A DNA stretch of 63,088 nucleotides, counting the filler, from Bilabrum cf. latius (Eukaryota): assembly GCA_965178125.1 (NCBI GenBank). It is 3 parts of 3 records of this genome, joined end to end, with 100 filler letters (N's around TTAATTAATTAA, not from the genome) between each part and the next. Parts side by side here need not be neighbours in the genome. Positions count along the whole stretch, not along the records: positions 22,685 to 44,398 come from CBCXTV010000046.1; positions 44,499 to 63,088 come from CBCXTV010000051.1; 1 more part is not named here. One strand, 5' to 3'. The translations under genes and the position numbers were made by a program. The notes beneath the pieces were generated by a model. It had not been told where the DNA came from, made no database searches, and saw only the letters and a list, made by a program, of their open reading frames with translations. Positions within the stretch are counted from its first letter, which is position 1. Each line of letters begins with the position of its first letter. This document shows, piece after piece, positions 33,105-45,771 of this stretch.

Positions 33105-34995
33105 GCTGGCGCTTCCGAGCGAAAGGCGCTCACGTCGCCCGCGGCCCCGTCTGGGGCGGCGATTTCTGGCGCTGCGGCTTCGGGACGCGCTAGAGCTGCA
33201 AAAGCTGCAGGTCGGGGATTTTCGCGTTCCGCGCGAACGGGCAGATGGAACCACCACCCGAGCGGTAACCGTGCACGTGCTGTTGTACAAAGTTGGAGCT
33301 CTTCGAGCGATGGGAGCTCGTGTCCTACAGTCGGGGGTGCTTCCAGGCCGGTGCGACCCTTGCATCGGGTGCCGAGGTGCTCCTGACCTTGCCCGAAGCC
33401 ACAAGAGAGAAACGCGAATTTCCAGCACCGCGCCTGCAAAACTTCCTGCGTAGCTTTGGCCCACATGCGCACGACATCTCTGTTCGGAATTGGCCCCACT
33501 GGCTGTTTCAGGTACAGCTCTTCGAGACCACTTCTCGCAGCGCGCTTCAAATTTTGAAAGACGTGCACATCCAGCGGTTGCAGGAAGGACGTCGTGCATG
33601 GTGGCACGAACACAATTCTGATATCGCTCTCCGCGGCTGCCCGTGCGACGCTCTCTGTCCAGTGCGTCGGGCAGGCATCGAGTGCGAGAATGAATTTGTG
33701 CGACGCCTTCCATGGCTGCAACGCGCGGCCTACGAGGCGCAAAATGCGACCGAGCTCTGGGCCTTTCAACCACGCGGTTTTCCGCCGCTCTACAGTAACG
33801 CCTGAATTCCGCGTTTGTTCGCGGAGCCACGTCGTATCAGCGGCGGAAATGGTGTGCGAACTCACCAAGAGAATTTGCGGCAATGCTTTCTGTATCTCCA
33901 CTTTGTCTGCAAGGAAAGCGAGAAGAGAGAAAGCTGTGCGCTTGCTCTTGAGGGAGGCCACCTGTCGCGGTACGCGGCCGCGCCTCACTTCCAGGTGTGT
34001 TCGGGCACTCAGTAAACCTGGCTTCGGCGGTGTCCAGAGGCGGCACGAACTCTCGTCGAAATTGAGGAAGACGGTCGTTTTGTTGTGCGGCACGGTGTGC
34101 TCCAAAAAAATCGCCCACTTCCACATGGCCGTTGCCTCGTGTTTGCCGGGAATGCGGTGGTCTGTGGGACGATTTGGCGGGCCCGATTTTGCGGCCGGAA
34201 TCCGGCCACCCCCCATGTGGTGGAATGAATGCGTGGGCCCAAAATCGTGGCCATTTTCTGGCCGCAAAACTGGGCCCGCAAAAGTGGCCCGGGGGGGGAT
34301 TTTTTGGGAGCCGCCGGTGGGGCAAATTTCGGGTTCTGCCCTGCCGGAACCTTGCGCGCCGCCTCCTGCGTCGTCGTGCCCGTCCCGGTGGGCAGCGTGC
34401 CCCGGCGTAGCGCCCATCGACGCATAAAGCGACGCATCCACTTTTTCCTGAGCGGGGGGAGCGCTGCATGCAACGGGACGTCGTGAGCGGCAGTGGCCAC
34501 ACTTTCGCATGCCGAAGCGTGCGTACGTTGTGTGTACACGGCCCGAGTACTCGGCGCCAGACCGCGTCCCCGGTTCTGTTCATCGATCCATTGCACCAGA
34601 TCTTTTTCGCGCAGATATTTTTCGGCGTCGCTTTTTCGTCGAGTCCACCATGCCGTCGTGGCCTCGTCGTTCATGTTTGTTGTGGTACTTCTCTCTCGCA
34701 CCACGTTCATGAATTTCGTCGCGTTGACGGGCACGCCCAATTTCCGGCTGAGCACTGCTTCGAGGAAGGTTTGTGCTGCCCTCCCGCTGTCTGGGACACG
34801 CATGTAAATCACGATCGCGGTGTCCCGATATCGAGGTGTGCAGTTCTGGCCGGTCACCTCAACACCGCTCGCCGTGCCTGCGACACGCTCGGCATCGCGT
34901 CGCTCCTCCGCCCGGATTTCTCTTCGCATATTGCGTAAAGCATCCGTAAGGTCATTGCGGCGCGCACGTGCGTCGGTGATTGCGGACCTTTTCAT
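33011..34995 (-). CDS. pogo-like (DDE_1) DD35D transposase, ~589 aa, exons 34995-34351 and 34135-33011
   Basis: FLNFDESS, LALDACPTH, LQPLDVHVF with 35 residues between D2 and D3. Removing 34136..34350 gives an open frame colinear with the intronless homolog 61062..62699. Confidence 0.9.
34136..34350 (-). other. 215-nt phase-0 intron (AAG|GT...AG|G) containing an inverted repeat
   Basis: splicing restores ..EAARK|ATAMWKW..; internal arms gcgggcccgattttgcggccggaa and ttctggccgcaaaactgggcccgc. Confidence 0.8.
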
Positions 34996-36182
34996 CGTTC
35001 GGGCCTCAGCTTTTCAGAGGCGCCTCGCGAAAAGGGCTGCAGACAAGATGCCGCTGTCGGGGGGCTCTCATGCCGGGTTATAGTTCCCTGTAGCGAACTG
35101 TGCACTGGCGGATGTGCCTGCAGTGCGTGGTTCTCGTGCTGCGGGGCACGCCTACCACAATTCCTAATATGCGTCGTCGTGATCAAGTTTCGTTCCATGC
35201 TCGGCGGGGTTTTGGTACAGCCTTTTTTTGACGGATCTCATATGTCGAGCCATGCTTTCCTCTTGCCCTTTTTCCAAAGTGCTTCAGATCATTTCCCAAA
35301 TAAGCGTATTGCCTAAGTAATCGCGGCACCATAGAATTGGGATACCCTTTCCGCGCGATTGCAGAATCAGCCACTGGCATCATCCGCCCTGTACCTGGAG
35401 CCTTTCCTGCTTCGACTTCTTCGTGGAATGTGCCTGGTGTCGCCATCATACAACCAACAAACCACGTGAATAAGCAACGACTCCGTTTTTTCCAAAGAGC
35501 TTGCGTCCGCTGGCTCCCCCGCCCACCCGCTCGTCCGCCAGTCCACCCGCCCACCCGCCCGACAGGCCTGCCGGCCCTCCCGCCCGCCCGCCCGTTCTCC
35601 CGTTCGCCCTTCGTCCTCCCGCACATCAGCTCGCCCGCCCTCCCGCCCCCCCGCTCGTCCACCCGCCCGCCCGTCCTCCCGCCCGCCCGCGTGCTAGCCC
35701 GCCCATCAGCTCGTCCGCCCGCCCGCCCGTCTGCGCGCCCGTCCGCCCGCCCGCGCACCGGCAGGCCCGCCCGCCCGTCCGCCCGTCCGCCCGCCCGCTT
35801 GCCCGCCCGCTCCTTTACCCGCTCGCCCGCCCGCTCGTCCGCCCGCCCGTTCGGCTCCCCGCCCACCCGCCCAGTCGCATGCCAATTCCCAATGTCAAAA
35901 ACGCCATCAAGATAAAATTGTCCAACTCAAACATGCGAACGCAGCACCGGCAGCTCACGTGGACGCACGGCGATGTGTCTCTAGATCCAAGCGTGGGCAT
36001 CAGCTCGTGCTAGTGAAGCGTCCACGTTTTCTCCATTTCCTGCATTTCATCATCATAACATTGACCAAATTACACATGTCAAGGATACACCGGCAGCTCA
36101 CGTGGGCGCACGGCGATGTGGATTTTCCATGCACGCGATCACAGTCCATCGCATTCAATCGCAGCAGAGGACGAGTGTCTTT

Positions 36183-37294
36183 TTAGACAACCACGTCCGC
36201 TGCTTGCCTACTCGCCTGCAAAAGGTTTTCCCATGTCGCGTCTGGGTGCACCTCCAGCTCATGCTGGAACGCCGGTTCCGCGTACACAGACACACCCGCG
36301 TTCGCGGGATGCGAGTACAGCGACGCAACGTGCACAGTGTGCACCCAGACATGCGTGGGAAAACTGCTATCGGGGTAGGAGATCCACTGATGGCGGTCCC
36401 CCGCGCCTGCTCGGCGCAACACGGTTTTCCGCTTTTGCGGATCTTCGTGCGGACTGCGGACTTCCAAAAATGGACCGTACAACCACCCCGAGTCGTCGAG
36501 AGCGCTGTAGAATATGTACGACGACAGAAGATGCGCACGTTGAGGCGCGAAACTATAAATTCCCTGCAACTCCCGCCCGGCATCAAAATTCCGAGCCCAC
36601 CCGGTCGCGAGACCGCAAAAAAAACAATGCGGTGAAGTACTTCCAGCGCTGTACCATGGAAGCTCGTTCGAAACCGGGTCTCGTCGAAATCTGTGTCGAT
36701 CCTCTCTGCTGCGGGCAAATCGAATCTCACATAGAAACCGACGGGAGAAAAAGAACCCTCCGGGTGGTCTATGGCACCGCGAACAATGCCATTCAACAAC
36801 CGCGGCCGGGTCGCGATCCATTCCCACAAGGTACGGACCGCTGTAAACGGTCGGGCGTCGCGTCGCCCCATCGATCCGCCTGCGGCGATCCAATGAGTGA
36901 AGCTTCGCTCTCGACCAGCATCCAGAGCGATGACTGGATTAGTTCCGCGCCACCGCCGGATGTGCGGGGCCGGCGCGTTTTCCACGCCGTCCCACAGAAA
37001 ACGGCCCATACCGCGTCGCCAAGCCAGGGGCCCGGCTAGCATTGGGGCCGCGGGCGGCCACGGCGGAACGTCGCCGGGCATGCCCTTAAAATGCCGTACG
37101 TATGACGGCAATTCGTCGACCATGAGATAGGCGCCTGGGGTCGTGCCGCTCTCAGTCGCCACCCGGCTTGCCGTTGCGGCAGGCTCTTCCGGCGCGTTCG
37201 CCATTTCCTGTTCGGAGACCAGCTCTGCCGGAATGTCCGCCGACGCGACCGCCTGCGTGACCGACGCTTGGTCGACGCTGCTTGTCGCCATCAC
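36183..37294 (-). CDS. ADP-ribosyltransferase-like protein, copy 2; single frameshift at the T8 run (~36617-36624)
   Basis: N-part of ORF 36155..37294 joined to ORF 36183..36893. Confidence 0.55.
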
Positions 37295-40200
37295 CTTTTA
37301 TGTCCAAGGTCCAAGCAATGGCATCTATATCTGGGCGGTGCTGCAATAGGTATGAATCGAAAAAGAAGAAATGCCCGGTCCTTCCCGCTTTTCGTTCACA
37401 TTTCTCGACAAAACGCCGGCAGCTCACGAGGGCGCACGGCGGACCAAAAGACACCTGAATGGATACGCTTCGCCCGTGGCGACCTGCCCGCCCGCCCGCC
37501 CGCTCGCCCGCCCGCCCGTCTGCCCGCCCGCTCGCCCGCACGTCGGCTCGCCCGCTCGCCCGTCCGCCCGCCCACCCGCACGCGCCCGCCCGCCCTCTCA
37601 CCCAATTGCCCGCCCGCCCGCCCGCCCGCTCGTCCGCGCGTCCGCCCGGCGGCCCGCCCACCCGCCCGCCCGCGCGCCCGCTCGCCAGCCCGCCCGCCGG
37701 CCCTCGCGCCCGCTCGCCCGTTTGCCCGCCCGCCTCTCCGCCCTCCCGTGGCCCGCCCGCTCGCGAACCCGGTCGCCCGCCCGCCCGCCCGCCCACGCCC
37801 GTCCACCCGCGCATGCCCGCCCCCGCCCACCCGGCCGCCCGTCCGCCGGCCCATCCGGCAGCCAGCCGGCCCGTCCGCCCGCGAGCCTGCCTGCCCGCTT
37901 CTGCGCGCGGTCGCCTGCGCCCGCACACCCGCGCGCGCCTGCGTGCGTGCGCGTGCCGACCCGCGCGCTTGCCGGCCCGACAGCTCCACCGAGCAGCCGC
38001 TCGGCTGTCCGACCGCTTTCCCGACCGCCCGCCTTGGGCGCACGGCGACAGATGAAAAAGAAAAGAGTGGTCACTCCATTCCTCCAGCAGGAACGTACCA
38101 ATGCAGGAAGACATCTTTGATGACATTCTCCATCGCGATTTCCGTTTTTTCTCACGTGTGCCGAGGATGCAGACACACTTGTTCGTCAAAGTCGCTGATG
38201 ACATCAGCATCTCATCGGCCACGCGCCGTGACGAAAAACACAGCCAATCAAGCGTCGTGCATGGAACTCATGCAAATCGGATTCAACTGCTTCCCACACA
38301 TGAAACTAGCCACATTGGTACATCGTTCAAAATAAAATGATGGCATTTTGACACAGACAATGTTCTCGCCGCCGGTCAGTTCTTTTTCTATGAGGGTCAC
38401 CAAGACACAATTCTGACCCCCCCCCCCCCCCAATTACACATATGAAATTGCATTCTGCGCACACGTGTTGTCTGACATGCAATGCATACGCAAGATCAGA
38501 CTCCGGCTATGGATCTTTCCATCCGAACCGCAATGACAACGGATGCTCAAAGTTTCACGCGTTACACAAAAACGCACTATACATTGCAAACAGTAAGCTA
38601 TACAAAACAAAGTTCGCGTTGCGAGGCACTATCTGTTTCCTGCCTGTCGTCACGAACTCAAAGGCGTCATGGCGCTTTACGGCCATTTCACACCGACCTC
38701 GCGGGCACGACGTCGGAGTTCGACGCCCTGGGTCGGCGTGCATCCGAGCCAGCGAATGCGCCTATTAAATTCTTGCCACTCGGCATGGCCGACGGGCACA
38801 AGATCAGGGTGCTTATGGACAACACTCCATGGCAACCCTTTCTCCGTCCCGAATGCGGGGTATTCACTCGGCAACCGCGGCGGTACGCCGGCTCTGCGAA
38901 ATTCAGCGTCTGTCAACCACTGATATTTCACGCCCTCGTCATTCAGGTCGTAGATCGACTGCACCCATCTCCTGTAACGCGCTTCACACGTGCGAATATA
39001 CGAGCGCACCCATGCGGACGGGTCGCCCACCGACTCGCCACCAGCGCTTGAGGACGTCGGCATATCCGGCACCTCTCCCGCTTCATCCGCCGGAGAAATT
39101 GGCGAAGCATTTCCATACCTCGCCATACCCACCGATGCAGAGGAAACTCGGGATGGGGCGACGACAAGACGCAATCAAACGACATCTGAATGCGAGCACC
39201 AACATTTCGGGTTCGAATGAATGATCTCTTGCAAGAGGTGAAGGCCAGAAAGCACTACCATTATGTGCTCAAGCTCCTGCACGCAGACATGGGACAGTGG
39301 AATAGCAAAACGCCACATTTTCATGAAAGCCGAATATTCACGACCGGCAGCTTACCATGGGCGCACGGAAAAGAAAACAAAATGTGAAAAATACGCTTTT
39401 CCCGCCGTCGCTTCCGCAACAAGATGATACACATGTCGCACGTCTACACAAATGCCCACACTCTTCTGGACACACCATGACATCAAAACCGCATGCCCGC
39501 ACGGCGGGCGCCAGGCAACAATTTGGCACGCTGTCCTGTGACGGACTTGCACCACAGAGAACCGAGACGGATAACGCAAACTGCCTAACACGCCCTTCGT
39601 TTACCATGACAAGGCAGAGACCCACAGGGAGGACCGCAAAACGCGTCCACGTTGCGGACGCGAAATCAGGCCCAGAATACGGCCTCCATTTTGCGGCCGG
39701 AAAATGGCACCAAAACCCGGGGCAAAAATGAGGGACCCAACTGTTGGGTCCCCCTTTTTTCCTCTATTTTTTGCGGCCGTTTTCCGGCCGCCGAAATAGG
39801 CCCGCGGCGCGGGCCGCCGAGCAGCACACCTCTGGGGGGGCCACTGTACACAGTTCCCCAGCCACACGCAACTCTCCTGGACAATGGCACACGCCGCCGG
39901 CAGACAAACTGTACTAACCGGGTCGGAAATACACCGACCCACCGAACGCACAAGCATGTTCTTGATGTAGGCTGCACCACAGCTTTGCGGAGCAAAAAGA
40001 GTGTGCTGGATTTGGCCACGTGCGGCACGCAAATTCCCACACATTGTCACGATGTTCGTCGAATCTTTGTCCACCTTCCCTCCATTTTCCAGAAGTGTCG
40101 CGATGTATGGACCAAGTCCGGTCCAATTTCGGCAATCATAGCTCATTGTCCGGGACCCTGATTGCCGCCAAAAATGACACAAATGTGGCGGCGATTAAGA

Positions 40201-41712
40201 CAACTTCTCGGCGATTTTGGTCGATTCTAGGCAATGTTGGCAGTGTTTCCCTTGGCTGTCCATACCATAACGAATCGGCAGTCTCTGTCGCGTTCTACTC
40301 CTTCACGCCCGCACGCCCGCGGGCCCACCCGCCCGCCCGCTAGCCTGTCCGCCCGTCCGCCCGCCCGCCAGCCCGCCCGCCTGCCCACCCGTGCGCCCGC
40401 GCGCCCGCCCGGCCGCTTACTCGCCCGCCCGTCCTCCCGACCGCCCGCCCGCCAGCCCGCCCGCCCGTCCGCGCTGCGCGGTACGAACATCTTCCGTCGT
40501 GTACCGCTACCGCTCGTTCTTGTTACGCGGGTGAAACATGCACGCAAACCTGCGAACATCAATCTCTTCTCGTGTGCACACACGATGCCGCACTACACTG
40601 GCGACGTGAAATGTGACGACCACATGATGATAACATTCACCATGGTACAAGTTCAAGCGTGACACCGGCAGCTCACGTGGGCGCACGGCGATGCGTTTCT
40701 GAATGAGAAAATGCAACATGAGGTCGCAGCGATGAGACGTTTCTGGTGGTAGATGGGGAAAAAGAAGACGAACCATGCCACACGCAGCATCAAAAAAACC
40801 ACGCGTCATTTCGATTTTACTTCATTACACACATCCTCGCCGAAGTGCCCTACGACTGAATCACATTGGCTCGCGCCCCGGCGTCCTTCCACGCAAAATA
40901 TGCTTTTCGAATCAAATCCTGAGCTCGGGAAATCCCGCCCGCCAGAAAAAAAAGGGAAAAATCATGTACGTGTGTGTGGTCAAAAGGCTGCGGCTCGATG
41001 ACGCTCTTCTGCACCAACGCCTCCTGCGGCGTTTCAGCTCGACTCGGCAAGTAGCGAGCCGCTCACAACGATGCCTGTGATGCTAAGGCAGCAGAACCGG
41101 GCAGTTGCGGGCTTCCGGCGACGCAACTTTGGGAAACGGATGGCTGCGAGGGTTGCGTGCAAGATTCTCTGCAAAGAAATCTCGGTTGAGTAGAAGCCCA
41201 CCCAACGCCTACGGTGTTTGGGCGGCAGAGAGGGAAGGCTGGATCTGGACACCCTACACATGTTGGCGAACGCTGCGGCGGACGCACGGTTGTGATCAAC
41301 AACCGCTGGCGGGCACTGCTTGAGGGCAAGCGTTGCTGTACACGCGCAACTCGGAGCTCCGCGGTCCGCATCTTCCACGGGGTTGTCTTCAGAACATGAG
41401 GAAGGACATGTTCGTTCACGCTCGCACCAGCGTTGTGTGAATCTGTGCGATGTCAAGCCCGACCCACCAGACTCTGTATATCAAGCACATCGGGCGAAAA
41501 AAATCCCGAAGGAAGAACTATGAAAAATAGAACGACGCGGGGACACAAACCAATGCAATTCAATTCCAAAACATCAAGTCGGAAGATCACCATAAACAAG
41601 ACACTCCCTTCCACAATATCTCCAGGACACGTACCTGGGAGGCAGAGCAATCGTGTTTCGATTTTCCTGCAAGAGACACGCTTTCAAACACAACTTCAAT
41701 CACAAGACAAAA

Positions 41713-42190
41713 TTACACATACACAGACAGCGCGTACGCGGGACCCCACAACGCATCACCGGCATAATAATACCGGCTGTTGTCCTGGATCCACTTTCTC
41801 TCCGACACTGACAAACGATATAAACCCGAGTTCCAATCGTTGCACAAAACAACAATCTTCGCGCGGTGAACCCCACTGGCGATGGCTGTACATATTCGTC
41901 GCCGTGTGGGACAAGGAACACCCACTCCGCGGGCGCCTGAAAAAAGAGCGCTTGTTCTGGATGACTAAGGATGCCGAAGCCTCATCCATCACAATCACCT
42001 CATCATGCAGCGGTCGAAATGACCGAAGATCGGGCTGCGTTGCTTGTTGGCAATCACAGAAAAAGACAAGCCCGGTATCGGCCAAAGAGCATGCGTACTG
42101 CGTCTTTCCGACGCAGGAAAGGCCGTCCAAAATTAAAAAAGCGATAGCGGAGAATCCGCGCGCAATAGAGGACGAATTTGGGCTGTGAGA
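41713..42190 (-). pseudogene. Rep-like SF3 helicase, copy 2, frameshifted
   Basis: LILDGLSCVGKT, VIVMDE and KIVVLCN in shifting frames. Confidence 0.8.
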
Positions 42191-42995
42191 GCGCGCTCTG
42201 AGAGAGCGCTCTGAGAGATCGTTCTGACAGCGCTCTGTAGAGAGCGCTCTGAGAGAGCGCTCTGACAGAGCGCTCTGAGAGAGCGCTCTGAGAGAGCGAT
42301 CTGGGAGAGCGCTCTGAGAGAACGCTCTGAAAAAAGCGCTCTGAGAGAGCGCTTGGAGAGAGCGCTTTGAGAGAGCGCTCTGAGAGAGCGCTCTGAGAGA
42401 GCGCTCTGAGAGAGCGCTCTGAGAGAAACGCTCTGAAAAAAAGCGCTCTGAGAGAGCGCTTTGAGAGAGCGCTCTGAGAGAGCGCTCTGAGAGAGCGCTC
42501 TGAGAGAGCGCTCTGAGAGAGCGCTTGAGAAAGCGTTTTGAGAGAGCGCTCTGAGAGAGCGCTCTGAGAGAGCGCTCTGAGAACGTCACGTCTCCCAACA
42601 TATAAGAAGAGATTCCGACTCAAGAGCCCACCATGTCTATACATGCCCGGTCAGGCAGGATCTCGTCCACTGTCCGCACATGACATACTTGCCCATCGCA
42701 GCTTGCCTTTCGTATGGGCAATGTCTCCATTTCATCATCTTGTCCTTCCGCCAGGGACTTCCAGATAGCCAAAACGATCCCGACCAAAAACCGCCCAACA
42801 GTCTCCCATCACGATGCAAGCGCCCACATCCACAACACGGGGGACCCCTTAATGATTGTATGGCCGGCACTTGTTTTCTGTGGTTGTTCCGATGCCGCGC
42901 TTCTCGCGCAACGTTTTTTTGCAGGCATTTCTTTTCGGTTTTTGCCTGGTTTGGCCTCTGCTGCTTTCTGGAGGTCAATTTTTCCTTAAAAAAGG

Positions 42996-43075
42996 GGGGG
43001 CGAAGCAGAAGCGCTGGGAAAGGCTTTTAATATATTATTAAAGCGCTTTCCAGCGCTTCGGCGCTTCGGCCCCCT
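42996..43075. promoter_or_regulatory. origin-like stem-loop, copy 2 variant
   Basis: gaagcgctgg..ttttaatatattattaaag..ccagcgcttc. Confidence 0.55.
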
Positions 43076-43814
43076 TTTTATCTTCATTTTACACTAGGTT
43101 GGACCATTTAGGGCCGAAGCGCTAGGGAGATTTCCACGCTTCGGCCACATTTCGCCTCGTTTTGGGCATTGTTCCACAGAATTTAGCCCAATTTCCCATT
43201 TTTCTAAGATTTTCGCGATTTCTCTGGATTTGGGGGGGGGGCATTTTTGTGGTAATTTGCACAGTTTTGGACCTCATCTGGGCCGATGTTCCTGTTTTTT
43301 GGGGATTTTCGCGATTTCCGTCCATTCCCGCCCCACATTCCCCCTCTCCTCCTATGCATTTTCGCACGTTTTTCGTCAAATCTGGTCCGATGTCGGCGGG
43401 AAGGGGTGGTTTGGAACGATTTTGGGGGATGCAGATCTACGAAATGCGATGTCTTATGACTTCGGTCGGTTCTGGCCAATTTCTTCGATTCTGGCTGATG
43501 TGGCCCTGTTTTTCTCTCCTCTCCCTGGTTTATGACGTTTCACTCTTCGCCGATGTTGTTTCTCGTGTCGCTCTGGTGCGTCTGCTGGTCTCCTTTTGCC
43601 AGCCGGTGGTCTTCATGCAGTAGCGCGTCTCTTTCGCCGCAATTCTTTCGCCTGAGAGTCATCCATGTCATGATGCGCAATGAACCCAAATTCACACGGG
43701 ATGGCATGCTTCCGATTCACCTGTCAAACCACAACACTTCCATGAACTATGTCGTCATATGATGCTTGCGTGGCGCGCCTTCACGCCTCCTTCGCCGATG
43801 AGTTCTTTTTCGCG

Positions 43815-44398
43815 CTATTTCGGGGAGGCGGATGACGACGCTGCGTCGCCGGCCTTTTCGCTCTCGGCGTCCGGGCGACTTGCCTCGCGCATGAGCATGA
43901 CCTCGGCGAGGTCGTCGTTGCTCAGACGACGTGCGTGTTTGCTTTCAAACGGCGGACGTCGCTTTTTCGTGGTTGCGGAGGTCTTTTGTCACCCGCTTTC
44001 GCTCGGCTGTCATTGCCGCCTGTTTCTCGCCCGCAGCTCGTCGATTTTCGTCGAGAGCGGCTTCGGCGGGCGCGCCTCCGGGAGCGGCCGTTGTCGCAGC
44101 GACTGCGTCGTCAAGCTGCCTTTCTTCTGCTACGGCCTTCGCGTCGCCGGCCAGAGCCGGCGCGCTCTCGGGCAGCGACGATGGCGCGCTCGTCGTCGCT
44201 TGCGGCCTCGCTGCGCTTCGGACATGTCGGCGCTTCCGAGCGAAAGGCGCTTGCGTCGCCCGCGGCCCCGTCTGGGCGGCGAGGTTCTGGCGCTGCGGTC
44301 TCGGGACGCGCTAGAGCTGCAAAAGCTGCCGGTAGGGCATTTTCGCGTTCCGCGCGCACGGGCAAATGATGGAACCACCACCCGAGCGGCAAACCGTG
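43815..44398 (-). pseudogene. coiled-coil gene copy 2 (43815..44225) and transposase 3' end, with indels
   Basis: homologous to 32703-33270. Confidence 0.8.
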
Positions 44399-44498
44399 NN
44401 NNNNNNNNNNNNNNNNNNNNNNNNNNNNNNNNNNNNNNNNNNTTAATTAATTAANNNNNNNNNNNNNNNNNNNNNNNNNNNNNNNNNNNNNNNNNNNN
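44399..44498. other. artificial contig linker N44-TTAATTAATTAA-N44
   Basis: six-frame stop linker flanked by Ns. Confidence 0.99.
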
Positions 44499-45059
44499 AA
44501 ACCCACGCGGGATCCCAGGAGCAGGATGCGACTCCGGACTTCAGCGACTCGGCAACAGACAAACTCATCGTTTCGCCCTTGAACGGAGCCGACATTATTT
44601 GCGCAAATAATCCTTCGACGAATCGCGGAATGCCTCAAGATAGAACACTTGCCTCCGACACGCAATGCCCAGAATCCTTGCTGTTCGAAACACCGAAACT
44701 GCTGACACGGGACACACATGAGCACCGAGGCAGCTGAGTCTGCAGCTCGTGCCGCCCTGGGCGAGGTAGTACCGCTTCCGAGGGAAGGATTCTCGAAGCC
44801 AACGAAGGAAAGCATGGCGTTGCAATTAGCACGATCACAAACGCACTTCGGAGCCTGCCAGAGAGGATGACCGACCGACCGCCTTCTCGAACATCAGAAA
44901 CCGGCGAATACCACATGAGGCACGACGTTCGAGGGCATCCGAACCTGCGACATACGCCAAAAAGGCCTCGCCGACAACCTGAAATGCACGCGAAATCGAC
45001 AACCGAACGCCCAAAATCAGCCATCGGAACCCCCCTCGAGGCAGCGCCTTCGGAGACAT
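44499..45059 (-). pseudogene. possible decayed HUH (Rep) endonuclease fragment
   Basis: LQRHAFLRW (degenerate HUH-like), GAHVCP, QVFYL; same position relative to the stem-loop as the Rep gene in contig 2. Confidence 0.3.
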
Positions 45060-45280
45060 TTTCGGCCAGCGAAAAAAATGCGAAACACGACTGGAGGAGG
45101 CGAGGTAGTGCTCGGTAGTGCTCGTTTCGCGCGGTTTTTACATAAAAAAATGCCGTTTTTCTGGAAAAAAAAGCTCAAAAACCCCCAGTTTTTGACACGT
45201 AGTGCTCCGATTTCCCTGTAAAATGCAGGATTTTTTCACGGTAGTGCTCCCCTTTTTTCCGCTTTCCCCGACGCCAGGGA

Positions 45281-45397
45281 CCGAGGTAGTGCGATTTTCG
45301 GGGGAAGGATTCTTAGTACCTTAGAGGGTACCCCCCAGGATCGCACTACGTGGGTTTGGGGGGTCTCCTTTCCTCTTGTTTTCGCGTGCACTCTTCT
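45281..45397. repeat. ~117-bp direct repeat with stem-loop (other copy 59653-59773)
   Basis: GTAGTGCGAT/ATCGCACTAC perfect 10-bp stem, inner GTACC/GGTAC hairpin; upstream GTAGTGC copies at 45105, 45115, 45199, 45241. Confidence 0.9.
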
Positions 45398-45771
45398 ATG
45401 ACTGCCCTCCGGACCTTCCTCACACGTCTACTCGCTCTGATTCTACGGGGGGGCGGGGGTAATCAAGGATTAATGCCAAATTTGTCTTCCTTTCGTGCCC
45501 CTCCCGTTTTTCAAAGTTGTGCATGTCGAGTCTGCCCCTCCCGTGCTCTTGACGACGGTGCTCGCGGACTGAGTGATTTCTGCCAGCACGTCCCGTGTAT
45601 GCTGTCCGAGTGCGCGACTCCGCTGGGCAGCCGCATCCGCTGCTTTGTGCTGCTCGGGCTATCTGTGTCCGTCAAGACTGCGCTGTACTTGACGCTCTGC
45701 CCTCTTGCGATGGCTTCTGTGACGCGGGGTCTATCTGTAATCCTCGGTTCTCTGAACACGGGAAGCGCTTC

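Larger units (their letters stand above)
22685..33809 (-). mobile_element. ~11.1-kb repeat unit, copy 1 (permuted: begins inside the transposase gene)
   Basis: 22685 cgcgtttgttcgcggagcc recurs at 33810; ORFs recur with offset ~11.07-11.12 kb. Confidence 0.95.
33810..44398 (-). mobile_element. ~11.1-kb repeat unit, copy 2 (incomplete; more indels and divergence after ~41000)
   Basis: colinear with 22685-33270. Confidence 0.95.
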
